Notes: generated by a model from the letters alone, not told the origin. A DNA stretch of 64,000 bases from Verrucomicrobiota bacterium (GCA_047947115.1 CP170459.1:1072386-1136385); one strand, 5' to 3'; shown: positions 49,209-60,214, numbered from the stretch's first letter. Program-made: numbers and translations.

Positions 49209-50309
49209 ATGATTTACGATGCATCCATGGATGCTTTGATGGAGAAGGTGTGGGAAGGTCGGCGCGTTTCTGCTGATGATGCGCGTAGATTGTATACATT
49301 ACCGTTGGAAGAGCTGGGTGCGTTGGCTCATCGCCGGCGTCTGTTGGCCAAGGAAAAGGCTTATGAAGGGCGTGGTAATGACATCATCACCTACAATGTC
49401 GACCGCAATATCAACTACACTAACATCTGCAATGTGTATTGCAAGTTCTGTGCGTTTTACCGGACGGAAAAGGATGTTGATTCCTATGTGATCACCAAGG
49501 ATGAACTCGATCAGAAGATCGAGGAAACGGTGGCCCTGGGTGGGACGCAGATCCTGATGCAGGGAGGGCATCATCCTTCGTTGGATTTGGATTGGTATTT
49601 GGACACGCTTTCCCACATCAAATCGAAGTTCCCTCAGGTCAACATCCACGCTTTCAGTCCGAGTGAGTTCATTCATTTCCAAAAGCTATTTGATCTTCCG
49701 ATGGAGGATTTGCTGAAGCAGTTCAAGGAGGCGGGACTTGGTTCGATACCCGGAGGTGGAGGAGAAATTCTGGTGGATCGTGTACGCAACCGAATTGCTC
49801 CGCTCAAGGCGACGAGTGATGAATGGATGGGTGTGATGGATGCCGCCCATCGTATCGGGTTAAACTCCTCGGCGACCATGATGTTTGGACACGTAGAGAC
49901 ATTGGATGACCGTATTGAGCACCTTGAACGCGTTCGATCCCAGCAGGAAGCCTCAGGAGGATTCACCGCGTTCATTGCCTGGACCTTTCAGTCGGAAAAC
50001 ACCAAATTGAAGGCAGAGACAGTCGGGGCTCATGAATACCTCAGGATGCAGGCGCTGAGCCGCATCTATCTTGACAATGTCGAAAACATCCAGAGTTCCT
50101 GGGTCACGCAAGGGCTCGAAGTGGGTCAGGTGGCCTTGACCTATGGTGCCAACGATCTTGGCAGCATCATGATCGAGGAAAACGTCGTCAGCCAGGCCGG
50201 GACAACGTTCCAGATGACCGTTGCCGACATGCACCGACTGATCCGTGATCTTGGATTTGAACCAAGGCAGCGGGATAATTGGTATCGATTGGTTGAGTCA
50301 GCGGGTTAA
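49209..50309 (+). CDS. mqnC: Cyclic dehypoxanthinyl futalosine synthase (radical SAM)
   Basis: DRNINYTNICNVYCKFCAF, ILMQGG, PGGGGEIL, ATMMFGH, FIAWTFQ, GANDLGSIMIEENV. Confidence 0.92.
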   Translation: MIYDASMDALMEKVWEGRRVSADDARRLYTLPLEELGALAHRRRLLAKEKAYEGRGNDIITYNVDRNINYTNICNVYCKFCAFYRTEKDVDSYVITKDELDQKIEETVALGGTQILMQGGHHPSLDLDWYLDTLSHIKSKFPQVNIHAFSPSEFIHFQKLFDLPMEDLLKQFKEAGLGSIPGGGGEILVDRVRNRIAPLKATSDEWMGVMDAAHRIGLNSSATMMFGHVETLDDRIEHLERVRSQQEASGGFTAFIAWTFQSENTKLKAETVGAHEYLRMQALSRIYLDNVENIQSSWVTQGLEVGQVALTYGANDLGSIMIEENVVSQAGTTFQMTVADMHRLIRDLGFEPRQRDNWYRLVESAG

Positions 50310-50331
50310 ATCTTGTCCAGCATGCGTTACT

Positions 50332-50520
50332 GAACATTCGGTGGACCTGGAACCGAGGCTATCGTTTCTTGTCTTGTGACACATGCTGGTCAAGGCGAAA
50401 CGACCACTGGGCCGTAATATCTCATTCTAGCGGAGGCCAATCTTCAGTTGATAGAATCAGAAAGGACCATTGAAGAGGCCTTGATGGACAAGGGGTATCA
50501 CAGCAACGCATTATTGGAAC
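50332..50520 (+). mobile_element. Degraded IS1182/IS5-like DDE transposase remnant
   Basis: Manual translation EHSVDLE/TEAIVSCLVTHAGQGETTTGP*YLILAEANL...IEEALMDKGYHSNALL, with one frameshift and one stop. Confidence 0.6.
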
Positions 50521-50664
50521 GGCCCCCAAGAAGAGTTTTTAACGGCGGAGTTGGGATGAGCGAAAAAGTGTGTTGTCAAATGCCTGGAATAGTTAGGACT
50601 GACCCCTGAAATTGATAATCGGTATTGATGTTGCTTGAGGATGTGGTAGGGTGGTGGGCTCATT

Positions 50665-52035
50665 ATGACGTTGACTGAAAAAATTCTGGCTCGAGCCGCA
50701 GGGAAGGCTCAGGTCCAAGCTGGTGACAATGTTTGGGTCAAAGCGGATACGCTCATGACCCATGATGTTTGTGGTCCCGGCACCATTGGTGTTTTCAAAC
50801 GCGAATTTGGCGAAGATGCCAAGGTATGGGACAAGGAACGCATTGTCATTATCCCCGACCACTACATTTTCACCGCCGATTCTCGTTCAAATCGCAATGT
50901 CGATATCCTGCGAGAATTTGTTAAACAACAGGACATCAAATATTTTTATGATGTGATTGATGATCCTGACGGGAAATGGGTGTTTAACCCTGACCAAGGT
51001 CTGCTGAAGAAGCAATACGGTTCAAATTACGCCGGTGTTTGTCATACCGCACTGGCACATCGTGGTCATACTCGTCCCGGTGAAGTACTTTTCGGAACCG
51101 ATTCGCACACATGCATGGCTGGTGCGTTCAATCAATTTGCAACGGGCATCGGCAACACGGATGCCGGGTTTGTCATGGGCACTGGAAAGTTGTTGATCAA
51201 GGTTCCCGAAACCATGCATTTCCGCCTCGAAGGCGAAATGCAACAGGGTGTCATGGCCAAGGACATCATCCTGCATATCATTGGCGAGATTGGTTTTGAC
51301 GGAGCGACCTACCGGGCCATGCAGTTCGACGGTCCCGGCGCCAACAGCCTGACGGTTGATGACCGCATGACGATTGCCAATATGGCGATTGAGGCCGGGG
51401 GCAAAAATGGTATCTTTGAATTTGATGAGAAAACCAAGGCTTATGTGGACCATCGAACATCCATGAACGGCACACGTCCGAATTACGATCCGGTTGAAAG
51501 GGACGCCAACGAAACATTTGTTTCGGAGTTGGTCGTTGATCTCAGCAAGCTCGAGCCCACGATCGCCTGCCACCCTGATCCTGGTAATCGCAAGCTGGCC
51601 AAAGAGATGAGTGATCTGGTTCTGGATCGGGCTTACATTGGTTCCTGCACGGGTGGAAAGACCAGTGATTTTCTGGCATTTGCCCAAGTGATCAAAGGGA
51701 AGTCTGTGGTCATCGACACATTTGGTGTGCCCGCCACGCCTGAAATTGTCAACGATCTCAAGACAACCGAGTGGGACGGCAAGAGTGTATGGGATATTCT
51801 TTCAGATGCGGGTGTGCAGATGACTGAAAACGCCGGTTGTTCGGCTTGTCTCGGTGGTCCGGTGGATACTTTTGGCCGTATGAACAAGCCTATGAAGTGC
51901 ATCAGCGCCACCAACCGAAATTTTCCGGGTCGCATGGGGCATAAGGAATCCCAGGTATTTCTGGCATCTCCTGCCACAGTGGCTGCCAGTGCCTTGACCG
52001 GTAAAGTGACGGATCCTCGCGAATATTGGAGCTGA
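50665..52035 (+). CDS. leuC: 3-isopropylmalate dehydratase/homoaconitase large subunit
   Basis: MTLTEKIL, PDH, GVCH, GTDSHT, IGSCTGG, CSACLG, TNRNFPGRMG. Confidence 0.88.
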   Translation: MTLTEKILARAAGKAQVQAGDNVWVKADTLMTHDVCGPGTIGVFKREFGEDAKVWDKERIVIIPDHYIFTADSRSNRNVDILREFVKQQDIKYFYDVIDDPDGKWVFNPDQGLLKKQYGSNYAGVCHTALAHRGHTRPGEVLFGTDSHTCMAGAFNQFATGIGNTDAGFVMGTGKLLIKVPETMHFRLEGEMQQGVMAKDIILHIIGEIGFDGATYRAMQFDGPGANSLTVDDRMTIANMAIEAGGKNGIFEFDEKTKAYVDHRTSMNGTRPNYDPVERDANETFVSELVVDLSKLEPTIACHPDPGNRKLAKEMSDLVLDRAYIGSCTGGKTSDFLAFAQVIKGKSVVIDTFGVPATPEIVNDLKTTEWDGKSVWDILSDAGVQMTENAGCSACLGGPVDTFGRMNKPMKCISATNRNFPGRMGHKESQVFLASPATVAASALTGKVTDPREYWS

Positions 52036-52071
52036 TCCATTCGACCGCAGGGTCATCGGCCAAGTCGTATC

Positions 52072-53007
52072 ATGGGCTTCAGTAAAAAATCACCTTTCGG
52101 ACGAGAGAAAGCGCCTCGAGTGGGTTCCCAATCGAGGCGCTCCACTCAGTCCAAACCGAACATGGTTGCTCCGCATCCAAGCAAGAACGAGGATACCGCA
52201 TCTGAAACAAAACTGCGGATCTTCATTCTTCCCAACCTGTTGACTGCTGGTAATCTGTTCTGCGGATTCCTGGCATTGACCAACATTGTGCAGGCAGATC
52301 CTGCACGCGACGACTTCAACAGTATTATTCTTAAAGCATTGTTGTTAATATTGTTGGCTTGTTTGTTTGATTTATTCGACGGACGCGTTGCCAGGATGGG
52401 CGGGGTGGAAAGTCCATTTGGTCGTGAGTTTGATTCGCTGGCGGACATTGTTTCCTTTGGGGTGGCCCCTGCGTTTCTGGTTCACCGGATTGTCTTGAAG
52501 GATGTTTTTGTGCAGCATGAGGAATTCGGTTGGTTCATTGCTTCAGTTTATTTGATATGTGGAGCGCTCAGGTTGGCACGATTCAACGTGATGGCGGCTG
52601 AACCCAGCTCTGAATCGAGCAAGGAGTTCATGGGTTTTCCCATTCCTGCCGCTGCGGGATTGGTGGCATCTCTGACACTTTTCCTGATGTGGTGGGAGGA
52701 CAAGGGATTCTCCACCGGCCAATGGCGTTATATCCTGCCTGTGCTGCTCATCTTCCTGTCGATGATGATGATCAGTGAAGTGAAGTATCCGTCCTTCAAG
52801 GGGATCGGTTTTCGCACACGGGGAAGGTTTACCACTATCGTCGGTGCTATTCTGTTCATCGGTTTGATCTTTATCATGTGGAATAAGATTCTGCCGATTA
52901 TTCTGCCCATTATCTTCACCGCCTATCTTGTCTATGGATTCATTCGTTTACGGCTGCCCCGCAACCGTCTGCGAGAAATTGAAGAGGAAGAAGATTTGGA
53001 ACTGTAG
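52072..53007 (+). CDS. pssA: CDP-diacylglycerol-serine O-phosphatidyltransferase
   Basis: LPNLLT, DLFDGRVAR, FGREFDSLAD, RLARFN, G.PIPAAA. Confidence 0.92.
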   Translation: MGFSKKSPFGREKAPRVGSQSRRSTQSKPNMVAPHPSKNEDTASETKLRIFILPNLLTAGNLFCGFLALTNIVQADPARDDFNSIILKALLLILLACLFDLFDGRVARMGGVESPFGREFDSLADIVSFGVAPAFLVHRIVLKDVFVQHEEFGWFIASVYLICGALRLARFNVMAAEPSSESSKEFMGFPIPAAAGLVASLTLFLMWWEDKGFSTGQWRYILPVLLIFLSMMMISEVKYPSFKGIGFRTRGRFTTIVGAILFIGLIFIMWNKILPIILPIIFTAYLVYGFIRLRLPRNRLREIEEEEDLEL

Positions 53008-53085
53008 GCTGGGTTGGATTAACTTTGACATCCATCCTCTCGGATATTAAGAATCTGGTATCGTCTTTGCTACACCAATAACATC

Positions 53086-54234
53086 ATGGAGGCCATTTTG
53101 AATTATAGAAATATGTTGGGAAAATCACTTTTAATCGCCGGAATCATGGGTTTGACGGCCGCTTCTGCTGACTTGCGAGCACAGTCTGTGGGTGTTGGAT
53201 TCAACATCATCGAACTGCCGCAGGGAAGCTCTCTGGTTTCCAATCCATTCCAGACCGGAAGTAATTTGGTTTCTGACTTGTTTGTTGCTGTTCCCGACGG
53301 ATTTAGCGTTTCCAAGATGATAGATGGCGGGTGGGAGTCCAATGTATGGTCCGCCGATTCATCTTCCTGGTCGGTACCAAATATGAGTTTGTCTCCCGGT
53401 GAAGGTGCTCGCATCGATTCTCCATCTGCTTATCAATGGTTTACAACAGGAAAACCTTTGGTTGGACAGTTGCAGAACTGGATTCCAGAAGGAGATTCTG
53501 CCCGAGGCAGCCGGTTGGCTCTGGGAGGGTTGGTTTCCACGGATCTTGGATTGAATGCTCCTGATGGAACCACTCTTTTCAATGTGGATGGCGATGGCAA
53601 CCTTGTTTCCGTTGCTGTGTTCACTGGTGGAGTCTGGGTTCCAGAAGAACCCAGTTTGAGTGTGGGAGGCGCTTTTGTCTTCAGCAGTCCCAGTGCATTC
53701 GAATGGGGGCAGGAGTTGGTGGTTGAAGGCATTGAAAACCCACTGGGATTTGCTCTACATCCAAGCGATCAGACCGTTACCGAAGGGGATAGCGTCACTT
53801 TGAGCGCCCAGGCTTCCGGTGCGGACAGTATTACTTATCAATGGCAGAAAAACGGCAACGATATTCCCGGTGCCACAAATGCCTCCTTTACAATCGAAGC
53901 AGCAGGTTCGGGTGATGCCGGGCAGTATTCGGTGGTCGCATCGACTTCCGATGCAGCCTTGCGTAGTTCTTTTGCCACCGTAACCGTGGAGCCCGTTGTG
54001 GTGGAGCCCTCCACTCAACCCAGCACAGCCATTGTCATCACGGAAGGCGGTCTGGCGAGTGTAACCATTACCGGAACGGTTGGGGAGCTCTACACCGTTC
54101 AGGCATCCACCGATCTCGGAACATGGGTTAATCGTGCCACTGATTTGGCCAATGAAGAAGGAACGGTTGTCTTTGAGGAACGTTTCAGCAACAGACGTCC
54201 GTCACGGTTCTATCGTGTGATTGTCCAGGAATAG
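53086..54234 (+). CDS. Secreted protein with Ig-like domain and C-terminal RFYR domain
   Basis: Signal peptide; PSDQTV...YQWQKNG.DIPGAT...DAGQYSV; YTVQASTDLGTW...RFYRV. Confidence 0.85.
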   Translation: MEAILNYRNMLGKSLLIAGIMGLTAASADLRAQSVGVGFNIIELPQGSSLVSNPFQTGSNLVSDLFVAVPDGFSVSKMIDGGWESNVWSADSSSWSVPNMSLSPGEGARIDSPSAYQWFTTGKPLVGQLQNWIPEGDSARGSRLALGGLVSTDLGLNAPDGTTLFNVDGDGNLVSVAVFTGGVWVPEEPSLSVGGAFVFSSPSAFEWGQELVVEGIENPLGFALHPSDQTVTEGDSVTLSAQASGADSITYQWQKNGNDIPGATNASFTIEAAGSGDAGQYSVVASTSDAALRSSFATVTVEPVVVEPSTQPSTAIVITEGGLASVTITGTVGELYTVQASTDLGTWVNRATDLANEEGTVVFEERFSNRRPSRFYRVIVQE

Positions 54235-54264
54235 TCATTATGCACTGTTCAACAACATTTTATC

Positions 54265-54302
54265 AAACAAACGCCTGCAATCCGCAGGCGTTTGTTTTTT
54301 TC
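54265..54302 (+). terminator. Intrinsic terminator
   Basis: AAACAAACGCCTGC-AATCC-GCAGGCGTTTGTTT followed by a T run. Confidence 0.85.
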
Positions 54303-54397
54303 CGGTCAATTCGATGTAACTTTTTTAGAAACCTGCTTGTCTGGTCTGCTGAAATTAAGGAATTCTTTTGAGAATGGGACTTGAGTATTTGAAATCG

Positions 54398-56116
54398 ATG
54401 AAACGTATTGGCTTGCTTGCATCAGCTGCCGCATGTTGCGCTTTGGTGGCTTGCAAATCAGCCTATTACAAGAAGAAGACGGATAAGGAAGTTTACTCGA
54501 TCATCGAGCAAATCGAATCAGACCTGTTTGGCGAGAGTGACGAGTTTACCATCAATACCCGGTATTCCGATCGTAAACCGGATGACATCAGCCCTCAGGA
54601 AATCATTGATGATCGAAATAAAAAGGAGGTCCAGCATATCGATGTCGATTCCGCCCTCCAGCTTGCCATTGAAAATAGTCGCGATTATCAAAACCAAAAA
54701 GAATCCCTTTACCTCACTGCCCTGAGTTTAAGCGAAACCGAGTTTGTCTTCAGCCCGAATTTCCTGGCACGATCCACGGTTTCAGGTGATCGGCAAAGTG
54801 ACGGTGAACGCACAGGCGGAGTCAATTCACGTCTGAGTGTGAATCAGGCTATGCGGTCAGGTGGCAATATCGGAGCGACGATTGCCAATGATCTTCTTCG
54901 TTTCTATACCGGAAACCCCCGACGATCCGCCGTCAGCACCATATCGGTGAACCTGTTCCAACCCATCCTGCGTGGAGCGGGAAGCAGGGTGGCTACGGAA
55001 AATTTGAAGCAGGCTGAACGCAACGTTATCTATGCCATTCGGGATTTCAGTCACTTTCAGAACGAATTTGCGGTAGGCAAGGTATTGGATTACTTCCGTC
55101 TTTTGCAGGGGAGGGACATCATTCGCAATAGTTTTGCGGATTATCAGAGCAGAACCAACGAAACCGCCCGTCTGCACCGCCAGATGGATGCCGGACGTGT
55201 CACAACCGTGGACATGGGGGAAACCCAACAGGCCGAATTGTCTTCGCGCAATAATTACATCAATGCCATCGCGGATTACGGAACGTCTCTGGACCGATTC
55301 AAGATCGATCTTGGACTGCCCTTGGGAATCGACTTCAAACTAGACGACAAAGCTTTGCAGTCGATCACTGAAAAGGGTCTTCCCATTTTGGATATTGATG
55401 CAGAGTATGGATTTGACCTGGCTCTTGAGTATTCTTGGCCACTCATGAATGAAATTGACCGGTTCGAGGATGCCAAGCGTAAGGTCTATGTGGCTGCCAA
55501 TCAGCTGAAGCCCGGAGTGGACTTTTTTGCGGACGCTTCCCTTTCGTCTGATCGCCCTACGGATTATACAAGTTTTGATCCGGATGACATTCGGGCCGGA
55601 ATGGGTGTTGAACTGGATCTGCCGATCAACCGTTTTCGTGAGCGGAATCAGTATCGATCCACGATCATCAGTTTCGAAGCTGCACTGCGTCGTTTAAGTC
55701 TGGCTCTGGATAACAAACGCAATAACATTCGTTTGGGGCTTCGCAGTCTGAAACAATTTGAACAAAACTACGAAATTCAAAAGATATCGGTTGAGTTGGC
55801 AGCGAAACGTGCCGCAGGCGCCAGTTTGAATTATCAGGCTGGAAGAGCGAATGTGGATCAGATCGTGCGTGCCCAAGACGATCTGGTCGCCGCACGCAAC
55901 AACATGATTCGCACCATGGTCAATTATCTGGATGCACGCATGGCCCTTCTCCTCGAGATAGGTATTCTTCGCACCGACCGGGAATCATTCTGGATCAATG
56001 AAGCTGCCGTTGTCGTCGATCTGGTGACAGGCGAACCTAAACCAGAAGATCCCGCTCAAACACCTGACAATCAAGAAGAGGTAAAACTCCTCACACCTGA
56101 CGAACTTTTTCAATAA
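54398..56116 (+). CDS. TolC-family outer membrane lipoprotein
   Basis: Lipobox LVAC; ALQLAIENSRDYQ, QPILRGAG, two helical repeats; first gene of the efflux operon. Confidence 0.85.
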   Translation: MKRIGLLASAAACCALVACKSAYYKKKTDKEVYSIIEQIESDLFGESDEFTINTRYSDRKPDDISPQEIIDDRNKKEVQHIDVDSALQLAIENSRDYQNQKESLYLTALSLSETEFVFSPNFLARSTVSGDRQSDGERTGGVNSRLSVNQAMRSGGNIGATIANDLLRFYTGNPRRSAVSTISVNLFQPILRGAGSRVATENLKQAERNVIYAIRDFSHFQNEFAVGKVLDYFRLLQGRDIIRNSFADYQSRTNETARLHRQMDAGRVTTVDMGETQQAELSSRNNYINAIADYGTSLDRFKIDLGLPLGIDFKLDDKALQSITEKGLPILDIDAEYGFDLALEYSWPLMNEIDRFEDAKRKVYVAANQLKPGVDFFADASLSSDRPTDYTSFDPDDIRAGMGVELDLPINRFRERNQYRSTIISFEAALRRLSLALDNKRNNIRLGLRSLKQFEQNYEIQKISVELAAKRAAGASLNYQAGRANVDQIVRAQDDLVAARNNMIRTMVNYLDARMALLLEIGILRTDRESFWINEAAVVVDLVTGEPKPEDPAQTPDNQEEVKLLTPDELFQ

Positions 56117-56140
56117 GTAGAAACGTTGTAATTTTCCATT

Positions 56141-57964
56141 ATGAGTCATCAAAGCAAAACTGCTGACAAATCGAGCCCATCCAAAGCCAAGTTGGTCATT
56201 GGCACTGTCCTGGGGGTCGTGATTGTTCTTTGGATCCTGTCCAGCATGGGAGGATCGGATGCGACCGAGCACTCCTACTACGAAGTGGACCGAGGTGACT
56301 TCCTTGTCTCCGTGTCCGCCGGTGGAACCTTGGAAGCCGTGAATCAGGAAATCATCCGTAACGATGTGGATGGCACCTCACGGATTATCTACATCGTTCC
56401 CGAAGGAACGGTGGTGAAGGAAGGAGATTTAATCGTGGAACTGGATTCCGCCGAAGCAGAAGAACAGGTCAACCAGCAAAAACTGAGTTACGAAAAAGCC
56501 GTTCAGGATTTCGAAGCCGCCAAGGCGAATCTGGAAATTGAGCAGAGTCAGGTGCAGAGTCAGATCGACGCTGCGATCCTAGCTACCAATTTTGCCTTCA
56601 TCGATTATCGTAAATTCATAGAAGGCGACAAGCTGCAGCAGCTTCGCAACGCGGAAATCAATATTCAAACGGTCGAAGAACAGCTGAAGTTGAATCAGAA
56701 CCAGTTGTTCTGGACAGAAAAACTTTACAAGGAGGAATTTGAAACGCTCACGCGACTTGAGCAGGATCAACTCTCCGTGACCAATTCTCAACTCAATCTC
56801 GAGCAGGCCAAGACTGAGTATAAAATGTTGAAACAGTACGATCTTCCCAAACTGGAAGAAGAGTTTCTTTCGAATCTGATCGAATCATCCAATGAATTGA
56901 CTCGCGTGATTCTGCAGGCGACCAATTCTCTTAATACAGCCATCGCAGCCTTGACAACACAGAGTAATTCCTTGGTGTTAAACAAGGAACGTCTGGATCG
57001 TGAGGTGGAACAGCTTGATAAATCGAAGATCTATGCACCCAAGGGAGGTATGGTGGTTTACGCCAAGTCTCGGAGTCGATTCAGTTCGGAATCCATGATC
57101 GAGGAAGGTGCCCAGGTGCGCAACCGACAGGAACTAATCACTCTGCCTGATACCTCGCAGATGAAAGTGGACATCAAGGTGCACGAATCACAGATCAACA
57201 AGGTGAAGAAGGGTCTGACCGCTTTCATCGTGTTGGATTCCGAACCCGACAAGCGATACAAAGGCATCGTGAGCAAAGTGGCTCCCCTGCCCGATTCCGC
57301 TTCCTTTTTCAGCGATCCAAATTTGAAAGAATACGCCACCGAGATCCTGGTTACCGACCAGTTGCCGGATTTGAAACCCGGTGTTTCGGCACGCGCAGAA
57401 ATTGTGATCACAAATATCCCAAGCACTTTGAAAGTACCAATACAATCTGTTACCACCATCAACAGCAAACAGGTGGTGTTTAAAGCCGGTTCAAGTGAGC
57501 CTGAGCCCATCCCGGTGGAGGTCGGCATGTTCAATACCAAGTTCATTCAGGTGCTCTCCGGAGTGAATGAAGGTGATAAGATTCTGCTGTCTCCACCCCT
57601 GAAAATGGAAGAGGTTAACCTTGCCGGAGAAGTATTCGGTGATGAGGAAGCGGTCAGTGATGATGAGTTGAAACCAGACACTTCCGCCTTGGAACGTCAT
57701 GATCAATCCAACCAGTCACGTCGTCAGCAGAGCGGCTTTGGCGGGCCCGGTGGTCCGGGACGCGGACCCGGTGGTCAGGGCGGTGGCGGACCCGGAGGCC
57801 AGGGTGGTGGCGGGTTTGATCGCGAAGCCATGATGAAGCGTTTCGATACTGATGGCGATGGCCAACTGAGCGATTCGGAACGCCAGGCCATGCGCAGCCA
57901 GTTTCAGGGCGGCCAGGGTGGTGGTGGTCGTCCAAGTGGTGGCAGCGGACGTCCGGGGCAGTAA
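56141..57964 (+). CDS. HlyD/MacA-type periplasmic adaptor with long helical hairpin and Gly-rich EF-hand tail
   Basis: VPEGTVVKEGD..VELD, IYAPKGG, LKPGVSA; tail DTDGDGQLSDSE. Confidence 0.88.
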   Translation: MSHQSKTADKSSPSKAKLVIGTVLGVVIVLWILSSMGGSDATEHSYYEVDRGDFLVSVSAGGTLEAVNQEIIRNDVDGTSRIIYIVPEGTVVKEGDLIVELDSAEAEEQVNQQKLSYEKAVQDFEAAKANLEIEQSQVQSQIDAAILATNFAFIDYRKFIEGDKLQQLRNAEINIQTVEEQLKLNQNQLFWTEKLYKEEFETLTRLEQDQLSVTNSQLNLEQAKTEYKMLKQYDLPKLEEEFLSNLIESSNELTRVILQATNSLNTAIAALTTQSNSLVLNKERLDREVEQLDKSKIYAPKGGMVVYAKSRSRFSSESMIEEGAQVRNRQELITLPDTSQMKVDIKVHESQINKVKKGLTAFIVLDSEPDKRYKGIVSKVAPLPDSASFFSDPNLKEYATEILVTDQLPDLKPGVSARAEIVITNIPSTLKVPIQSVTTINSKQVVFKAGSSEPEPIPVEVGMFNTKFIQVLSGVNEGDKILLSPPLKMEEVNLAGEVFGDEEAVSDDELKPDTSALERHDQSNQSRRQQSGFGGPGGPGRGPGGQGGGGPGGQGGGGFDREAMMKRFDTDGDGQLSDSERQAMRSQFQGGQGGGGRPSGGSGRPGQ

Positions 57965-58023
57965 TCCTCGATTTTGAAGAATCTGTCACCTTATACCTTA
58001 AGACTTAACCCAGGGAATTTGTT

Positions 58024-58758
58024 TTGGCATTGGAACCGATCATCAAGATTGAAGGGATAGAACGAAAATACTCCATGGGCGATGACATCGAAGTCATGGC
58101 GCTTAACGGAGTGAATATCGCCATTCACCAAGGGGAGTATGTTGCGATCATGGGGCCCTCCGGATCCGGCAAATCGACCATGCTCAACTTGCTGGGTTGC
58201 CTTGACCGACCAACCGGCGGTGCGTATTGGCTGGGTGGAGAGGATGTCGCCCGCATGGGAGACGACGCACTCTCCGATGTGCGCGGTCGCCGCATTGGAT
58301 TTATTTTTCAATCCTACAACCTGATCGCTCAGTTGACTGTACTGGAAAACATCCAGGTGCCGTTGTTTTATCAGGGCAAAAGCATGCAGGAATCTTACGA
58401 TCGCTGTGTTGAGTTGGCGGAGCTGGTTGGTTTGGGGGATCGATTGACACATCGTCCGAATCAGTTGTCCGGTGGTCAGCAACAGCGTGTTGCCATTGCA
58501 AGGTCCCTCGTCAACGATCCGCTCATGATTCTTGCCGATGAACCCACGGGAAACCTGGATTCCAAAACCGGTTTGGAAGTGCTGGATCTCATCGATGACC
58601 TGAATGATTCAGGCAAGACCATTGTCTTGGTGACACATGATAATTACGTGGCCGAACGAGCACATCGAGTCATCCACATGAAGGATGGCAAGGTGGATCG
58701 GGAAGAGATCAAACGTAAGCAGGGCGAAGAACGCCAGAAGATTTACAAAAGACGCTGA
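58024..58758 (+). CDS. ABC ATPase (MacB/LolD type)
   Basis: [41 protein letters not shown]. Confidence 0.95.
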   Translation: MALEPIIKIEGIERKYSMGDDIEVMALNGVNIAIHQGEYVAIMGPSGSGKSTMLNLLGCLDRPTGGAYWLGGEDVARMGDDALSDVRGRRIGFIFQSYNLIAQLTVLENIQVPLFYQGKSMQESYDRCVELAELVGLGDRLTHRPNQLSGGQQQRVAIARSLVNDPLMILADEPTGNLDSKTGLEVLDLIDDLNDSGKTIVLVTHDNYVAERAHRVIHMKDGKVDREEIKRKQGEERQKIYKRR

Positions 58759-58763
58759 TATCC

Positions 58764-60059
58764 ATGGTGAGTTACCAACATTTTATGAGCACGGTGCAGT
58801 TGGGTGTCAAAACCCTCATGCTGCATAAACTGCGGTCCGGTCTGACCATGCTGGGTATCATCTTCGGGGTGTGTTCCGTTATTGCCATGCTGGCCATTGG
58901 GGAAGGAGCTTCCTATGAAGCGCAGGAACGCATCAAGGCACTCGGAAGCAATAACATCATTGTGCGCAGTGTCAAACCTCCCGAAGAATCCCGCGAACAA
59001 AACAACAATTCGGGGCGCAGTCGGGGCATTCGATATGGATTGACCTATGACGATACCGCTCGTATTTACTCAACGATTCCCGGTGTTGAACGTGTGCTGC
59101 CCATGCGGTTGATTCGCGAGAAGGTTCGGTTTTTTGAAATGGAAATGCCCTGCCAGGTGGTTGGCACATTGTCTTTTTATCCAGAAATCGTGAAAATAGA
59201 TATGGCCAAGGGACGGTTCATTTCGCACATGGATGAGATCTACAAACAAAACGTCTGCGTGCTCACGACGACACTGGCCCAACGCTTGTTCCCCTACCAC
59301 GATCCACTGCAGCAGAGCGTGAAAATATCCGGTGTTTACTACAAGGTCGTTGGTCTGGTCCGGGAAATCAACACACCTGACGAACGGCCACAGAGTGGAG
59401 AAACCGAAGGGGAAACCATGGAAAACAATGTCTACATCCCCCTTGCCACGGCCAAGGCCCGCTTTGGAGAAACCATCGTCAAGCGCACAGGAAACACTGT
59501 CAATTCCGAGACGGTGCAAGTGCACGAGATTCGTGTGCAAATGAAAGATCACACATTTGTCGAATCGGCCGACCCGCAAGTACGCACCCTGCTGTCACGG
59601 TTTCACAAGGAAATCGATTATGAAATCACCGTTCCTCTCCAACTTCTTCGTCAAGCCGAGGCTACCAAGCGTATGTTCAACATTGTGCTCGGATCGATTG
59701 CCGCCATTTCGCTGTTGGTCGGTGGTATTGGCATCATGAATATCATGCTCGCCAACGTCACCGAACGTACCCGGGAGATCGGTGTGCGCCGAGCCCTTGG
59801 AGCCAAGAAAAGTGACATTACCACCCAGTTCCTGGTGGAAACTGTCGTGCTGTCGGTGGGAGGCGGATTGGTAGGTGTGATCGTCGGTGTGCTGACACCT
59901 CTCATCGTCACACATTTGACGAATATGCAAACTATCATCACCCTTTGGTCGGTGGTGCTGGCGTTTGGCATTTCCGGAGCCATCGGAGTGGTGTTTGGTA
60001 TTTACCCGGCCAATGCAGCCGCCAGTCTTGATCCAATCGAAGCGCTCCGTCACGAATAA
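58764..60059 (+). CDS. MacB/FtsX-type ABC permease
   Basis: RSGLTMLGIIFG, VGGIGIMNIM, ERTREIGVRRALGA, DPIEALRHE. Confidence 0.95.
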   Translation: MVSYQHFMSTVQLGVKTLMLHKLRSGLTMLGIIFGVCSVIAMLAIGEGASYEAQERIKALGSNNIIVRSVKPPEESREQNNNSGRSRGIRYGLTYDDTARIYSTIPGVERVLPMRLIREKVRFFEMEMPCQVVGTLSFYPEIVKIDMAKGRFISHMDEIYKQNVCVLTTTLAQRLFPYHDPLQQSVKISGVYYKVVGLVREINTPDERPQSGETEGETMENNVYIPLATAKARFGETIVKRTGNTVNSETVQVHEIRVQMKDHTFVESADPQVRTLLSRFHKEIDYEITVPLQLLRQAEATKRMFNIVLGSIAAISLLVGGIGIMNIMLANVTERTREIGVRRALGAKKSDITTQFLVETVVLSVGGGLVGVIVGVLTPLIVTHLTNMQTIITLWSVVLAFGISGAIGVVFGIYPANAAASLDPIEALRHE

Positions 60060-60214
60060 ATCTCCTGCGGATCAATCCCAACAACCCACAGGAAATAGCA
60101 TCTTTGTGGATTGCCCTTTGGGGAATGTTGCCTTCATCTTATTGAAATGGTTGATTGTCATGGCCGTTATTTTGGGCCAGCTTAATGATATCCAAGTTCA
60201 AAGCCTTTACTCTT

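Noticed and set aside
54315-54345. ECF-type promoter TGTAAC-N-TGTCT before tolC (similar TGTAAC at 3089)
   Set aside because: Only two loose matches with different -10 elements; not supportable.
57735-57960. GGC/GGT-rich tandem DNA repeat
   Set aside because: Explained by the Gly-rich protein tail.
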